Assembly: GCA_016183885.1 (NCBI GenBank) | Contig: JACPDS010000149.1 | Span: forward strand, 1-26,909 | DNA length: 26,909 nucleotides | Reading direction: 5' to 3' | Source of the DNA: Armatimonadota bacterium | GTDB taxonomy: Bacteria; Vulcanimicrobiota; JACPDS01 | Shown: positions 16,998 to 25,850 of the stretch, in pieces | Layout of the letters: each line of letters begins with the position of its first letter | How positions within the stretch are numbered: the stretch's first letter is position 1 | Made by a program: the position numbers and the translations under genes | Notes under the pieces: generated by a model | Database searches by the model: none | Told to the model about the DNA's origin: nothing | Seen by the model: the letters and a program-made list of their open reading frames with translations, nothing else

Positions 16998-18297
16998 CTT
17001 CAAATTTCTCTACAATTAAATTTAAACCATCAAGTTTAATGACTTTAACTTTTTCTCCTTCTTTAATAGTTCCTTTTAAAACTTTAGCTTTCCAAAGTTC
17101 TCCTAGAATAAAAACTAAACCAACCGGTTCTAAATTAGCTTTTGCTATGCCTATAGAGCCGATAATTTCTTCTTTTCCGCTCACAGGTTTTTTTCTTAAC
17201 CCCCGGGCCACCATAGTAATAATTATCCCAAAAAATAATCCTGAAATTAAAGCGGCGGAAAAAATTACACTTTTAGAAATCTGCAAATATGGATAACCGG
17301 CGGGAATTAACATCATCGCTCCTAAAATTAAAGAAATAATTCCTCCAATAGTTAAAGCCCCATGAGTAGGAGCTTTAATATCAAGAATAAATAAAATAAA
17401 GGAAAAAATTATCAAAAACACGCCGGCATAATTTATGGGAAGAGTTCCTAAAGAATATAAAGCTAAAATTAAGCAAATTGCCCCTACCAATCCGGGAAAG
17501 ATTGCTCCGGGAGAAGCTAATTCATAAATTAAACCATAAACGCCTAACATCATTAAAATAAAAGCAATATTAGGGTCGGTGATAGTAAATAAAAACTGTT
17601 CCACCGCAGTCATTTTAATTTCTTTGATTTTTGAAAGATTAGGCTTTAAAACTACTTTTTCTTTAAGCAGTTTAATTTCTCTGCCTTTAATTTGTTTTAA
17701 AAGATCTTCTAAATCTTCGGCGATAATTTCAATAATTTTTAATTTTTTAGCTTCCGGGGCAGTTACAGAAACGCTTTCTCTTACAGCTTTTTCCGCCCAA
17801 GAAATATTTCGGCCGTGTTTTTGAGCTAAACCTTTAATAAAAGCTGCCGCGTCATTGGTAATTTTTTGAGTCATTACATCGTCTTTTTTCTCCGCGCCTT
17901 CTTTTCCCATCTGGACCGGATGAGCCGCTCCCAAATTTGTGCTGGGCGACATAGCGGCTATATGAGCGGAATATAAAATATAAACTCCGGCTGAAGCCGC
18001 CCTTCCTCCTTGAGGATAAACATAAATTACTACAGGAACAGCGGAGCTAATTATTTTTTGGATGATTATTCTCATAGATTGATCTAAGCCGCCGGGAGTA
18101 TCCATTTTTATAATGCAAATTGCCCCGTCTTTTTCTGAAATTTCAATTCCACGGTTAACATAAGAAGCTAAAATAGGATTAATTACTCCTTTAACAGTTA
18201 AAACATCCACAGGCTGATTATTTTTATCTAAAGCAAAAGCCGGAATAAATAAAAAAAATAAGAGTAATATTCCTAAAAAAATATTTTTTTTCAGCAT
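16990..18297 (-). CDS. nfeD: Long-form NfeD (ClpP-like protease domain, TM domain, OB-fold)
   Basis: MDTPGG, RAASAG (Ser), QKITND (Lys), multiple TM helices, C-terminal GELWKA OB-fold; adjacent to SPFH gene; SD GGAGG. Confidence 0.95.
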   Translation of the reverse strand: MLKKNIFLGILLLFFLFIPAFALDKNNQPVDVLTVKGVINPILASYVNRGIEISEKDGAICIIKMDTPGGLDQSMRIIIQKIISSAVPVVIYVYPQGGRAASAGVYILYSAHIAAMSPSTNLGAAHPVQMGKEGAEKKDDVMTQKITNDAAAFIKGLAQKHGRNISWAEKAVRESVSVTAPEAKKLKIIEIIAEDLEDLLKQIKGREIKLLKEKVVLKPNLSKIKEIKMTAVEQFLFTITDPNIAFILMMLGVYGLIYELASPGAIFPGLVGAICLILALYSLGTLPINYAGVFLIIFSFILFILDIKAPTHGALTIGGIISLILGAMMLIPAGYPYLQISKSVIFSAALISGLFFGIIITMVARGLRKKPVSGKEEIIGSIGIAKANLEPVGLVFILGELWKAKVLKGTIKEGEKVKVIKLDGLNLIVEKFEDV

Positions 18298-18313
18298 TTA
18301 AACCTCCATTAAG

Positions 18314-18447
18314 AAATTCTAAATTCTAATATCTAAACAATTTCAAAATTCAAATACCAAAACTTAAATTATTCTAACTCATAGATTCTCTTTATTTTTT
18401 TAAATTTTAATCATTTGAATTTATTTCGAATTTAGTGTTTAAAATTT
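18314..18447. repeat. Heptamer-periodic imperfect inverted element, copy A
   Basis: Left arm AAATTCT-AAATTCT-AATATCT-AAACAAT...; right arm TCATTTGAATTTATTTCGAATTTAG; homologous to 20662-20816. Confidence 0.7.
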
Positions 18448-18625
18448 TATTTTTTTATTCATTATTAAAGATTGCGCTTTATTCTTATCTGCCCTTATTA
18501 TAATTTTCTCTTAAATTCTTTTCTTTATTTACTTTTCCCTTTTTAAATATATATAAATTTTAACATTATTTTAACATGAAACAATTGTTTAAAAGAAATA
18601 TTTTTTATTAAAATATTAAAGTATC

Positions 18626-19864
18626 ATGAAAATAAAATCTAATTTTTCCACTTATATTATTACTGCTAAAAATCATAAGGATTATTTAAATTTTATTCAA
18701 AATTATAAAAATAATCCTCAGGTAAAAATTGAGCAAAAAATTCCTTTGACAAATACTTTTATCGCAAAAGTTCATGCTCAATTTATTTCTAAGGCGGCAG
18801 AAAATTATTCTTTATTTAAAAACGAAAAAATTCAAGAAATTCCTGATTCTTATTTAAAGCCGTTGCCTTCGAGCACTTTTAAATTAGATGCTGTTAAAGA
18901 CATTTTAGGAGTAAACAAAATTCACCAACTTGGATTTACCGGTAAAGGAATTGGAATAGCTTTTTTAGATTCGGGAATTTACCCGCATTTAGATTTTGGC
19001 AATCGCATCGTTTGTTTTAAGGACTTTATAAATCAGAAAAAGATTCCTTATGACGATCGCGGTCATGGCACCCATATTGCCGGTGATGCGGCAGGCGGAG
19101 GGCTGATTTCTCAAGGGAAATTTAAAGGAATGGCGCCTGAGGCTGATTTAATCAGCCTAAAAGTCCTTAATAAAAAAGGGAAAGGATATACTTCTAATAT
19201 AATTAAAGCGATTAATTGGGTAATTAAACATCGCAAAGAATATAATATTAAAGTTTTAAATATTTCTTTTGGCTTTCCGGTTAAAATTTCCTATAAAGAT
19301 GATCCGATAATAAAAATTTTAGCTGAAGCGGAAAAATTAGGAATTACTATCGTAGCCGCCGCCGGTAATGACGGTCCTGAAGAAAAAAGTATCGGATCGC
19401 CCGCTAACGCTCCATTTATTCTAACTGTAGGAGCTTTGGATGACCATGATAGCATTCAAAAAACAGATGATTCTATTTATAAATTTTCATCTATCGGGCC
19501 CACCTTAATCGATAATATTCCCAAACCTGACTTAATAGCTCCCGGTGTTAGAATTACCGGCACTAACGCTATCGACTCATTTCTTGATAAAACAAAACCG
19601 GCTTTATCTCATAAAGGAAAATATTATCTTACTTTGACGGGAACTTCTTTTGCTTCGCCAATCACAGCTGGAATAACCGCTCTTTTAATTCAGGCTAATC
19701 CTAATTTAAAACCTAAAGATATAAGAGAAATTTTAATGAAAACCGCTAAAGCATTGCCAAATTTTAGTCAAAATGCCCAGGGAAAAGGAGTAATTGATCC
19801 GGCTTCGGCTTTAAATGAAGCCCTAAAATTAAAACTTAAAAATACACTTTCTTTACAAATTTAA
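18626..19864 (+). CDS. Subtilisin-family (S8) serine protease, AprX-like, no signal peptide
   Basis: Catalytic triad IAFLDSG (D), HGTHIAG (H), GTSFASP (S); oxyanion AAGND; KPDLIAPG. Confidence 0.95.
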   Translation: MKIKSNFSTYIITAKNHKDYLNFIQNYKNNPQVKIEQKIPLTNTFIAKVHAQFISKAAENYSLFKNEKIQEIPDSYLKPLPSSTFKLDAVKDILGVNKIHQLGFTGKGIGIAFLDSGIYPHLDFGNRIVCFKDFINQKKIPYDDRGHGTHIAGDAAGGGLISQGKFKGMAPEADLISLKVLNKKGKGYTSNIIKAINWVIKHRKEYNIKVLNISFGFPVKISYKDDPIIKILAEAEKLGITIVAAAGNDGPEEKSIGSPANAPFILTVGALDDHDSIQKTDDSIYKFSSIGPTLIDNIPKPDLIAPGVRITGTNAIDSFLDKTKPALSHKGKYYLTLTGTSFASPITAGITALLIQANPNLKPKDIREILMKTAKALPNFSQNAQGKGVIDPASALNEALKLKLKNTLSLQI

Positions 19865-20633
19865 GTTTATCATTTAGAAAATATTCCGCTAAAAGTTTAA
19901 AAGCTTCTATATTTCCGGTGGTAAAAAATTTATCGGGAGATTTTTTTTGTAAATTTAATTGTTTTTTTGCCTTTAAAATTTCTTTTAATTCTTTTGCCGC
20001 AAAATAAGCCGGGTCTAATAAATATATTTTCTCTCCCACAACCTCTTTCACTTTTTCTTTAATTAAAGGATAATGCGTACAGGCTAAAATAAGCGTGTCA
20101 ATATTTTCTTTTAAGAGCGGCTTTAAATATTCATTTAAAACTTCCTTTAGTTTTAAACTTTCGAGTTTATTTTGTTCTATCAAAGGAACTAATTCAGGAC
20201 AACTTGCTTGATAAATTAAAGCGCCGTGATTATATTTTGAAATTTCCTGAATATAGGCTTTGCTTTTTACCGTTACGGGATTAGCCATAACGCCGATTCT
20301 TTTATTTTTAGTGATTTTTAAAACCTCCCGCGCCGCGGGATGAATCATCCCTAAAATAGGAATTTTTAATTTTTCTTTAAACAAAGGCATGGCTAAAGCT
20401 GAAGAAGTATTGCAGGCCATCACGATAGCCTTAACATTTTTTGAAAGTAAAAAATCAATAATCTGAGAAACAAAATCCAATATTTCTTCTTTGCTTTTAT
20501 CTCCATAAGGAACCCTGGCGCTGTCTGCAAAATAAATTATTTGTTCTGCGGGAAGAATTTGCGCAACTTCTTTTAGAACTGTTAATCCCCCTATTCCTGA
20601 ATCAAATATGCCAATTGGATTTTGATTAGACAA
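19836..20633 (-). CDS. murI: Glutamate racemase
   Basis: IGIFDSGIGGLTV, PYG, MACNTSS, LACTHYP; TTG start with SD GAGGTG. Confidence 0.98.
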   Translation of the reverse strand: MSNQNPIGIFDSGIGGLTVLKEVAQILPAEQIIYFADSARVPYGDKSKEEILDFVSQIIDFLLSKNVKAIVMACNTSSALAMPLFKEKLKIPILGMIHPAAREVLKITKNKRIGVMANPVTVKSKAYIQEISKYNHGALIYQASCPELVPLIEQNKLESLKLKEVLNEYLKPLLKENIDTLILACTHYPLIKEKVKEVVGEKIYLLDPAYFAAKELKEILKAKKQLNLQKKSPDKFFTTGNIEAFKLLAEYFLNDKLKFVKKVYF

Positions 20634-20661
20634 TTTTACACCTCTTTAAAAATAAAATCTT

Positions 20662-20816
20662 AAATTCAAAATACTAAATTCTAAACAATATCAAAATTTA
20701 AATATCAAAACTTATTTCAATTTTTTCAATTTAAAAGTTTGTTCTTCAAAATTATATTGTTTTGAATTTCGGTCATTTGAATTTATTTAGAATTTCGAAT
20801 TTAGCGCTTAGAATTT
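20662..20816. repeat. Heptamer-periodic imperfect inverted element, copy B
   Basis: 20681-20711 matches 18333-18363 at 28/31; 20773-20788 is identical to 18411-18426. Confidence 0.7.
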
Positions 20817-20818
20817 CC

Positions 20819-21968
20819 TTATAAGGCTTCCACTAAATGTTTTACTTTTAAATTATTAATATTTTCTTTTCTTAAACCGCTTTCAATTTGAAATATACAA
20901 CCAGGGCAAGAACTTAAAACAATTTGAGGATTATTTTCTTGAATAACTTTTATCAGCCGATGATTGATTTTCATTGAAAGATCGTAATAATCAAAATTAA
21001 ACACTCCTCCAAAACCACAGCAAAGATCTTCAACTAATTTTATTTTTTCTCCTCCAAGATAATTAATTGTTCCTTTCAGTTCTTCTTTAATTTTAACCCG
21101 GCGATTTAAATGACAGCTAAAATGATAAAGCATACTTTTATTTAATTTTTTATATTTAAAATTAAATAAGGCAAAGATTTGAGAAAAATCAATAAAACTT
21201 TTTATTAAATTGTCAAATTTTTTAAGTTCTTCTTCGTTTAATAAAATTTTTAATTTAACTTTCATCGTTCCCAAACAACTCGGACAGGCAAAAACAATAT
21301 AATCTAATTTAAGTTTTTCGAAAACCTCCAGATTCTTTAAAATAAATTTTTTTGCTAAACTTGGATTTCCCAAAGAAAAAAGAGGAAGTCCGCAGCAAGT
21401 TTGCTCTTTTGGAATTACTACCTCCCAATTATTATTCTTAAAAAAATTAACTAAAGCTAAACCAATTTGAGGATAAAAATAATCAATCATGCATCCGGTG
21501 AAAAAGCCTATCTTATTTTTTGAGTTATTTAGCGGCGGAAAACTATTAAAACGAAAAATTGTTTTAGAAATTTTAGGAAAACTTCGGGGGTAAAATTTTT
21601 TTACTACATGTTTAAATTCCATCAGACTTTTTTCGCAAGAAAAATTAAAAATTAATTTTCCAAAAATTTTATTAAACAAAATTAAACTTTTAAATAAAAC
21701 CGGATTAGGCAAGACTTTTTCAAGTAAAATTTTTTTACTATAAATAGGAGTTTTAATTTTAGCTAATTTTTCCCACTCTGAAATTAAAATAGTATTTATA
21801 GGTATATCATTGGGACAGAGCGCCTTCTTCTTCGTTTAAAGCTTTAATCAGGGTTAATTTTCCTCTAGCGGTGCTTTGTTCTAAAAATTCTTCTTTATAA
21901 ATAGGACAACTGGTGGTGCAGGTTCCGCATTTAACGCATTTATTAATTTCAGATAAATAATCTAGCAT
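20819..21968 (-). pseudogene. glcF: GlcF-type Fe-S/CCG-domain subunit, disrupted by an internal deletion and frameshift
   Basis: 53-aa ORF 21968-21807 (CVKCGTCTTSCP, ARGK) coupled to the glcD stop (TAATG); the second frame resumes at KALCPNDIP and is in frame with 20819-21712 (FFTGC, TCCG, CPSC, CHL, CCGFGG, CPGC). Confidence 0.85.
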
Positions 21969-23347
21969 TAATCAACAAAAATTTTGCCTGGATTTAAAAT
22001 ATTATTTGGATCAAAAATAGTTTTAATCTTTTTCATTAATAAAATTTGTTCTTCTTTTAAAGCATAACTTAAATATTTAGATTTTAAAAATCCAATTCCA
22101 TGTTCTCCGGAAATTGCTCCCTGCATTTGTATAACTTTAAGATATAAGGCATTCAAAGCTTCTTCTGCATTTTTCATCACTTGAGGCGTTCTTGATTTTA
22201 ATAAAATATTAAGGTGCAAATTTCCATCTCCGGCATGTCCAAAATTAGCAATTTCCAAATTATATTGTTTGGAAATGCTTTGAGTTTCTTTAATTAATTC
22301 TGTCAATTTATTTCTAGGCACTACTACATCTTCGTTTAGCCGTAACGGACTAATTTTTCCTAAAGCCGGAGAAACTGCGCGGCGGGCTTCCCAGATTTTT
22401 TCTCTTTCTTCAAAAGTGGAAGCGCTTTTAAATTCTATAACATTTTCTTCTTTGCAAATTTCTTTAATTTTATTTAATTGAATTTTTGTGGCAGTATCTT
22501 CTCCATCAACTTCAATCAAAAGTAAGGCATGAGCTTCTTGAGGTAATCCCAAGTGCGAATATTCTTCTACGGCTTTAATAGAAAAATGATCCATAAATTC
22601 TAAAGTGGAAGGTAAAATTCTAGCTTGAATAATTTTAGAAACGCACTTTGCGGCGTCTTCCATAGTAAAAAAAGAAGCTATTGCAGTTTTAAAATTTTCC
22701 GGGAGCGGAATAAGTTTAAGGATAATTTTAGTAATTACTCCTAAAGTACCTTCAGAGCCGATTATTAATCTAGTTAAATCATATCCAGTTACGTTTTTAA
22801 TTACTTTGCTCCCGATTTTAATAATTTCTCCCGTTGGCAGAACTACTTCTAATCCTAAAACATAATCCCGGGTAACCCCGTATTTTAAACAATGGGGGCC
22901 TCCGGCGCATTCAGCGGCATTACCTCCTAAAGTGGACATCTTCATACTGGCCGGGTCGGGAGGATAAAAAAGTCCTAATTTCTCAACAATTATCTTAAAT
23001 TCTTCGGTAATTACTCCAGGTTCTACAAGAGCGGTTAGATTTTCTTGATCAATTTCTAAGATTTTATTCATTCTTGTCAAGACTAAAGCCATTCCCCCTA
23101 AAATAGGAATCGACCCGCCGCTTAATCCTGTGCCGCCGCCTCGAGGAACAACGGGAATTTTTTCTTGATTTGCAATTTTTAAAATTTCAGAAATTTGTTC
23201 AGGAGTTTTAGGAAAAATTACTAATTCCGGCTTAAATTGAAAAGTAGTGGCATCATAAGAATAACAAATTAAATCTTCTTTTTCGTCTAATAAATTTTCT
23301 TTTCCAAGAATTGCCCTTAATTTGTTTTTTACTGTTTTAGAAATCAT
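21968..23347 (-). CDS. glcD: FAD-linked oxidase, glycolate oxidase/D-lactate dehydrogenase subunit family
   Basis: PRGGGTGLSGG, YPPDPAS, GGNAAECAGG, KYGVT, GSEGTLG, GHAGDGNLH, ISGEHGIG, DPNNILNPGK. Confidence 0.93.
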   Translation of the reverse strand: MISKTVKNKLRAILGKENLLDEKEDLICYSYDATTFQFKPELVIFPKTPEQISEILKIANQEKIPVVPRGGGTGLSGGSIPILGGMALVLTRMNKILEIDQENLTALVEPGVITEEFKIIVEKLGLFYPPDPASMKMSTLGGNAAECAGGPHCLKYGVTRDYVLGLEVVLPTGEIIKIGSKVIKNVTGYDLTRLIIGSEGTLGVITKIILKLIPLPENFKTAIASFFTMEDAAKCVSKIIQARILPSTLEFMDHFSIKAVEEYSHLGLPQEAHALLLIEVDGEDTATKIQLNKIKEICKEENVIEFKSASTFEEREKIWEARRAVSPALGKISPLRLNEDVVVPRNKLTELIKETQSISKQYNLEIANFGHAGDGNLHLNILLKSRTPQVMKNAEEALNALYLKVIQMQGAISGEHGIGFLKSKYLSYALKEEQILLMKKIKTIFDPNNILNPGKIFVD

Positions 23348-23389
23348 CTAAAAATAATTTTATTAAACACTAAATACTAAATACTTTTA

Positions 23390-24112
23390 TTAGCGGGCAA
23401 TAAAAGCTTCTTCAGACATTCCAATTAATGGAGGAGCGCTCTTTAGAATCTCTATTTTTAATTTAGAAAGAGTATTGAGGACTATATTGGGAGCTTGAAT
23501 ATGAGCTATGGTAGTAACTTCTGATTTAATTAATTTTCCTTCTTTATAGGCAAATAAGGTTTCTCCGTTTGCTTTTAATGTTTGAAATACATTTTCGTCT
23601 AATTTTATTTTAGTTTCCGGAGAATCAATTTTTATGACCGCGCAATGATAACCGAGAAAATTTTCAAAACCGCTAAAGGTATAATAATATTTAATAATTA
23701 AAGGTTCGGGTTTTTGGGGAAGATTTATTATGCTTTCTCCCTCCCATCTATCCCCTATCCTGACTAATTGTTCTGGCAAAGACGGCTGAGTGAAAGGAAT
23801 ATCAACAGAGGTTTTAATAATTTCTCCATTTTTACGCATTAACATCGAAATTTTCTGACCTACATTGGGAAGGGCTTCTTCTTTCCCATTAACTTTAACC
23901 GAACCGGACTTAATAGTAACTTCTATTGCAGCTGTTCCATCAAGTTCCAGCATTGCGGCTTTTTGCTCCATAATCATTTCAACTAAAGATTGCTGCTGGA
24001 CATTTTTTTCACCGTCATTATAATCATTATTAGATTCAATATTAGTTTTATATTCTAAAATTTCTCCGCTTTTTAACTTATATTCCAGTTTAACACTTTC
24101 TTCTTGAACCAA
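23390..24112 (-). CDS. Hypothetical beta-rich protein (possible DUF6263-like fold)
   Basis: 240-aa ORF, TTG start with SD GGGAGG; motifs LEYKLKSGE and LPEQLVRIGDRW. The family guess is from memory only. Confidence 0.75.
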   Translation of the reverse strand: MVQEESVKLEYKLKSGEILEYKTNIESNNDYNDGEKNVQQQSLVEMIMEQKAAMLELDGTAAIEVTIKSGSVKVNGKEEALPNVGQKISMLMRKNGEIIKTSVDIPFTQPSLPEQLVRIGDRWEGESIINLPQKPEPLIIKYYYTFSGFENFLGYHCAVIKIDSPETKIKLDENVFQTLKANGETLFAYKEGKLIKSEVTTIAHIQAPNIVLNTLSKLKIEILKSAPPLIGMSEEAFIAR

Positions 24113-24132
24113 ATTTTTATCCTCCCTCTTAT

Positions 24133-24223
24133 TTAGCTTTAAGCGTTAAGCTGTAAGCGATAAGTTCTTTAAAACTTACTTATTTAATTTTCTTAACGCT
24201 TTACGCTTATCACTTATCGCTTA
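24133..24223. repeat. Inverted arrays of TAAGCGN heptamers
   Basis: TTAGCTT-TAAGCGT-TAAGCTG-TAAGCGA-TAAGTTC (24133-24167) facing CTTAACG-CTTTACG-CTTATCA-CTTATCG-CTTA (24192-24223). Confidence 0.8.
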
Positions 24224-24226
24224 TTT

Positions 24227-24254
24227 ATTATAGCTTTCTCTTAAAAAAAAACAA
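24227..24254 (-). promoter_or_regulatory. Possible sigma70 promoter for the 240-aa gene
   Basis: Perfect TATAAT (24232-24227) with TTGTTT 16 nt upstream; the AT-rich context weakens the call. Confidence 0.4.
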
Positions 24255-24492
24255 ATCCTGCTAAATTCAATATTTTTTCCCATCTTGTATTAAATTTCTA
24301 ACGTTCAATGCTAAAAAAAATATACGTCAAAATAGCCATTTGTTAACTGTTTTTTGCCACATATCAATTAAAAATTAAGTGAACTATTTAAAAATTAGCT
24401 AACAGCACCCAATTTCTTGTAAAATTCTCATGCAGTAGTGTTTGCAAGTTATTAATTTTTCAATTAATCGTTCATATCAATTTCTTCTTTTT

Positions 24493-25788
24493 TTAAGGAA
24501 TCAAGCGATTAATATCTCGAGGAAATAAAGAGGCTTCTCTAATATTCGCTAATCCAAGCATACGGGCGGTAATTCTTTCCAGTCCTATGGCTAATCCTCC
24601 ATGAGGAGGCATTCCATATTTAAAAGCTTCTAAATAAAAATTAAAATTATCCGGATTCATCCTGAGCTTTTTCATTTTAGTAAGATAATCTTCATAGCGA
24701 TTTATCCTTTGTCCGCCTGTTGTAATTTCCAAACCCCTGAAAAGCAAATCAAAACTTTTAGTATAACCGGGATCTTCGGAATCATCCATAGTATAAAAAG
24801 GACGTTTATCTGATGGGAAATGAGTAATAAAAATAAATTCTGAATTATATTTTTCTTTAGAATATTGACAAATTAATCTTTCGTCTTCCGGATCAAGGTC
24901 AGGTTCTCCTAAACAAGTTTTATGATAATTTTTTTCTAAAATACTTTGAGCTTCTCTTAATTTTAAATGAGGAATTTCTTCCGGAACAAAAGGTATTTCC
25001 ATCTCAAAAAACTTAAATTCTTCTTGAGAAGTCTTCTTCAATTCTTTAAGCATATAAATTAATAAATTATTTTCCAGCCTCATTATATCTAAATGATTTT
25101 CAATGAAACCCATTTCATAATCTAAACTTACATATTCGTTTAAATGCCGGGCGGTATTGTGCTGTTCGGCGCGAAAAACCGAACCAACTTCAAAAACTCT
25201 TTCAAAAACTCCTACCATAATTTGTTTGTAAAATTGGGGGCTTTGAGCTAAATAAGCCGTTTTATCAAAATATTCCACTTTAAAAATATTTGAGCCGCCT
25301 TCCGCTCCGGCGCAGACAATTTTAGGAGTAAAAATCTCGGTAAAATTTTGGGTAATCAGATATTCTCTAAATAATTTAGCAATTTGAGCTTGAATTTTAA
25401 AAATAGCGCTAATTTGAGGATAGCGTAAACTTACAGAGCGGTAATCCAGCAAAGTATCTAAATTAGCGGAAATTTTCTTTTTATTAATTTGTAAAGGATA
25501 ATCTTCTACTACCCTGCTTTGTATTTTGATCTCTTTAATTTTTAATTCTATTCCTTGAACGGCTCTTTCTTCTTTTACTACTTCTCCTTTTAATTTTACG
25601 ACTGTTCCTATAGATAATTCTTCCGATAAATCCGTTTGATTTTCTATTACCCCCTGGATAAATCCAGAATAATCTCTTAAAATTATAAAAACTATTCCTC
25701 CTAACTTTCTAATCTTATGAATCCAGCCCCAGACCCATATTTCTTGATTAATAAAATTTACCGCTTGATTAATTAAAGCGCGTTCCAC
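24493..25788 (-). CDS. aspS: Aspartyl-tRNA synthetase, short archaeal/non-discriminating-type architecture
   Basis: GWIHKIRKLGG OB-fold, AQSPQFYKQ, FRAE...HLNEY, EITTGGQR, GMPPHGGLAIGLER; 431 aa without the bacterial GAD insertion; GTG start with SD. Confidence 0.95.
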   Translation of the reverse strand: MERALINQAVNFINQEIWVWGWIHKIRKLGGIVFIILRDYSGFIQGVIENQTDLSEELSIGTVVKLKGEVVKEERAVQGIELKIKEIKIQSRVVEDYPLQINKKKISANLDTLLDYRSVSLRYPQISAIFKIQAQIAKLFREYLITQNFTEIFTPKIVCAGAEGGSNIFKVEYFDKTAYLAQSPQFYKQIMVGVFERVFEVGSVFRAEQHNTARHLNEYVSLDYEMGFIENHLDIMRLENNLLIYMLKELKKTSQEEFKFFEMEIPFVPEEIPHLKLREAQSILEKNYHKTCLGEPDLDPEDERLICQYSKEKYNSEFIFITHFPSDKRPFYTMDDSEDPGYTKSFDLLFRGLEITTGGQRINRYEDYLTKMKKLRMNPDNFNFYLEAFKYGMPPHGGLAIGLERITARMLGLANIREASLFPRDINRLIP

Positions 25789-25814
25789 ATTTCTCTCCTT
25801 TAATATTACTATAG

Positions 25815-25835
25815 ATATGTGAATTATTCACATAT
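25815..25835. promoter_or_regulatory. Perfect palindrome, putative operator upstream of aspS
   Basis: ATATGTGAAT-T-ATTCACATAT, 10-bp arms. Confidence 0.5.
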
Positions 25836-25850
25836 TTCTATCACTAATAA

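Noticed and set aside
352-17824. Plus-strand ORFs 352-534, 6084-6515, 13132-13398, 13907-14188, 14836-15129, 17039-17296, 17579-17824
   Set aside because: All are antisense shadows wholly inside well-supported minus-strand genes, with no motifs.
18314-24223. CRISPR array
   Set aside because: The repeats are 7-nt periodic or dispersed; there is no 23-47-nt repeat with regular unique spacers and no cas gene.
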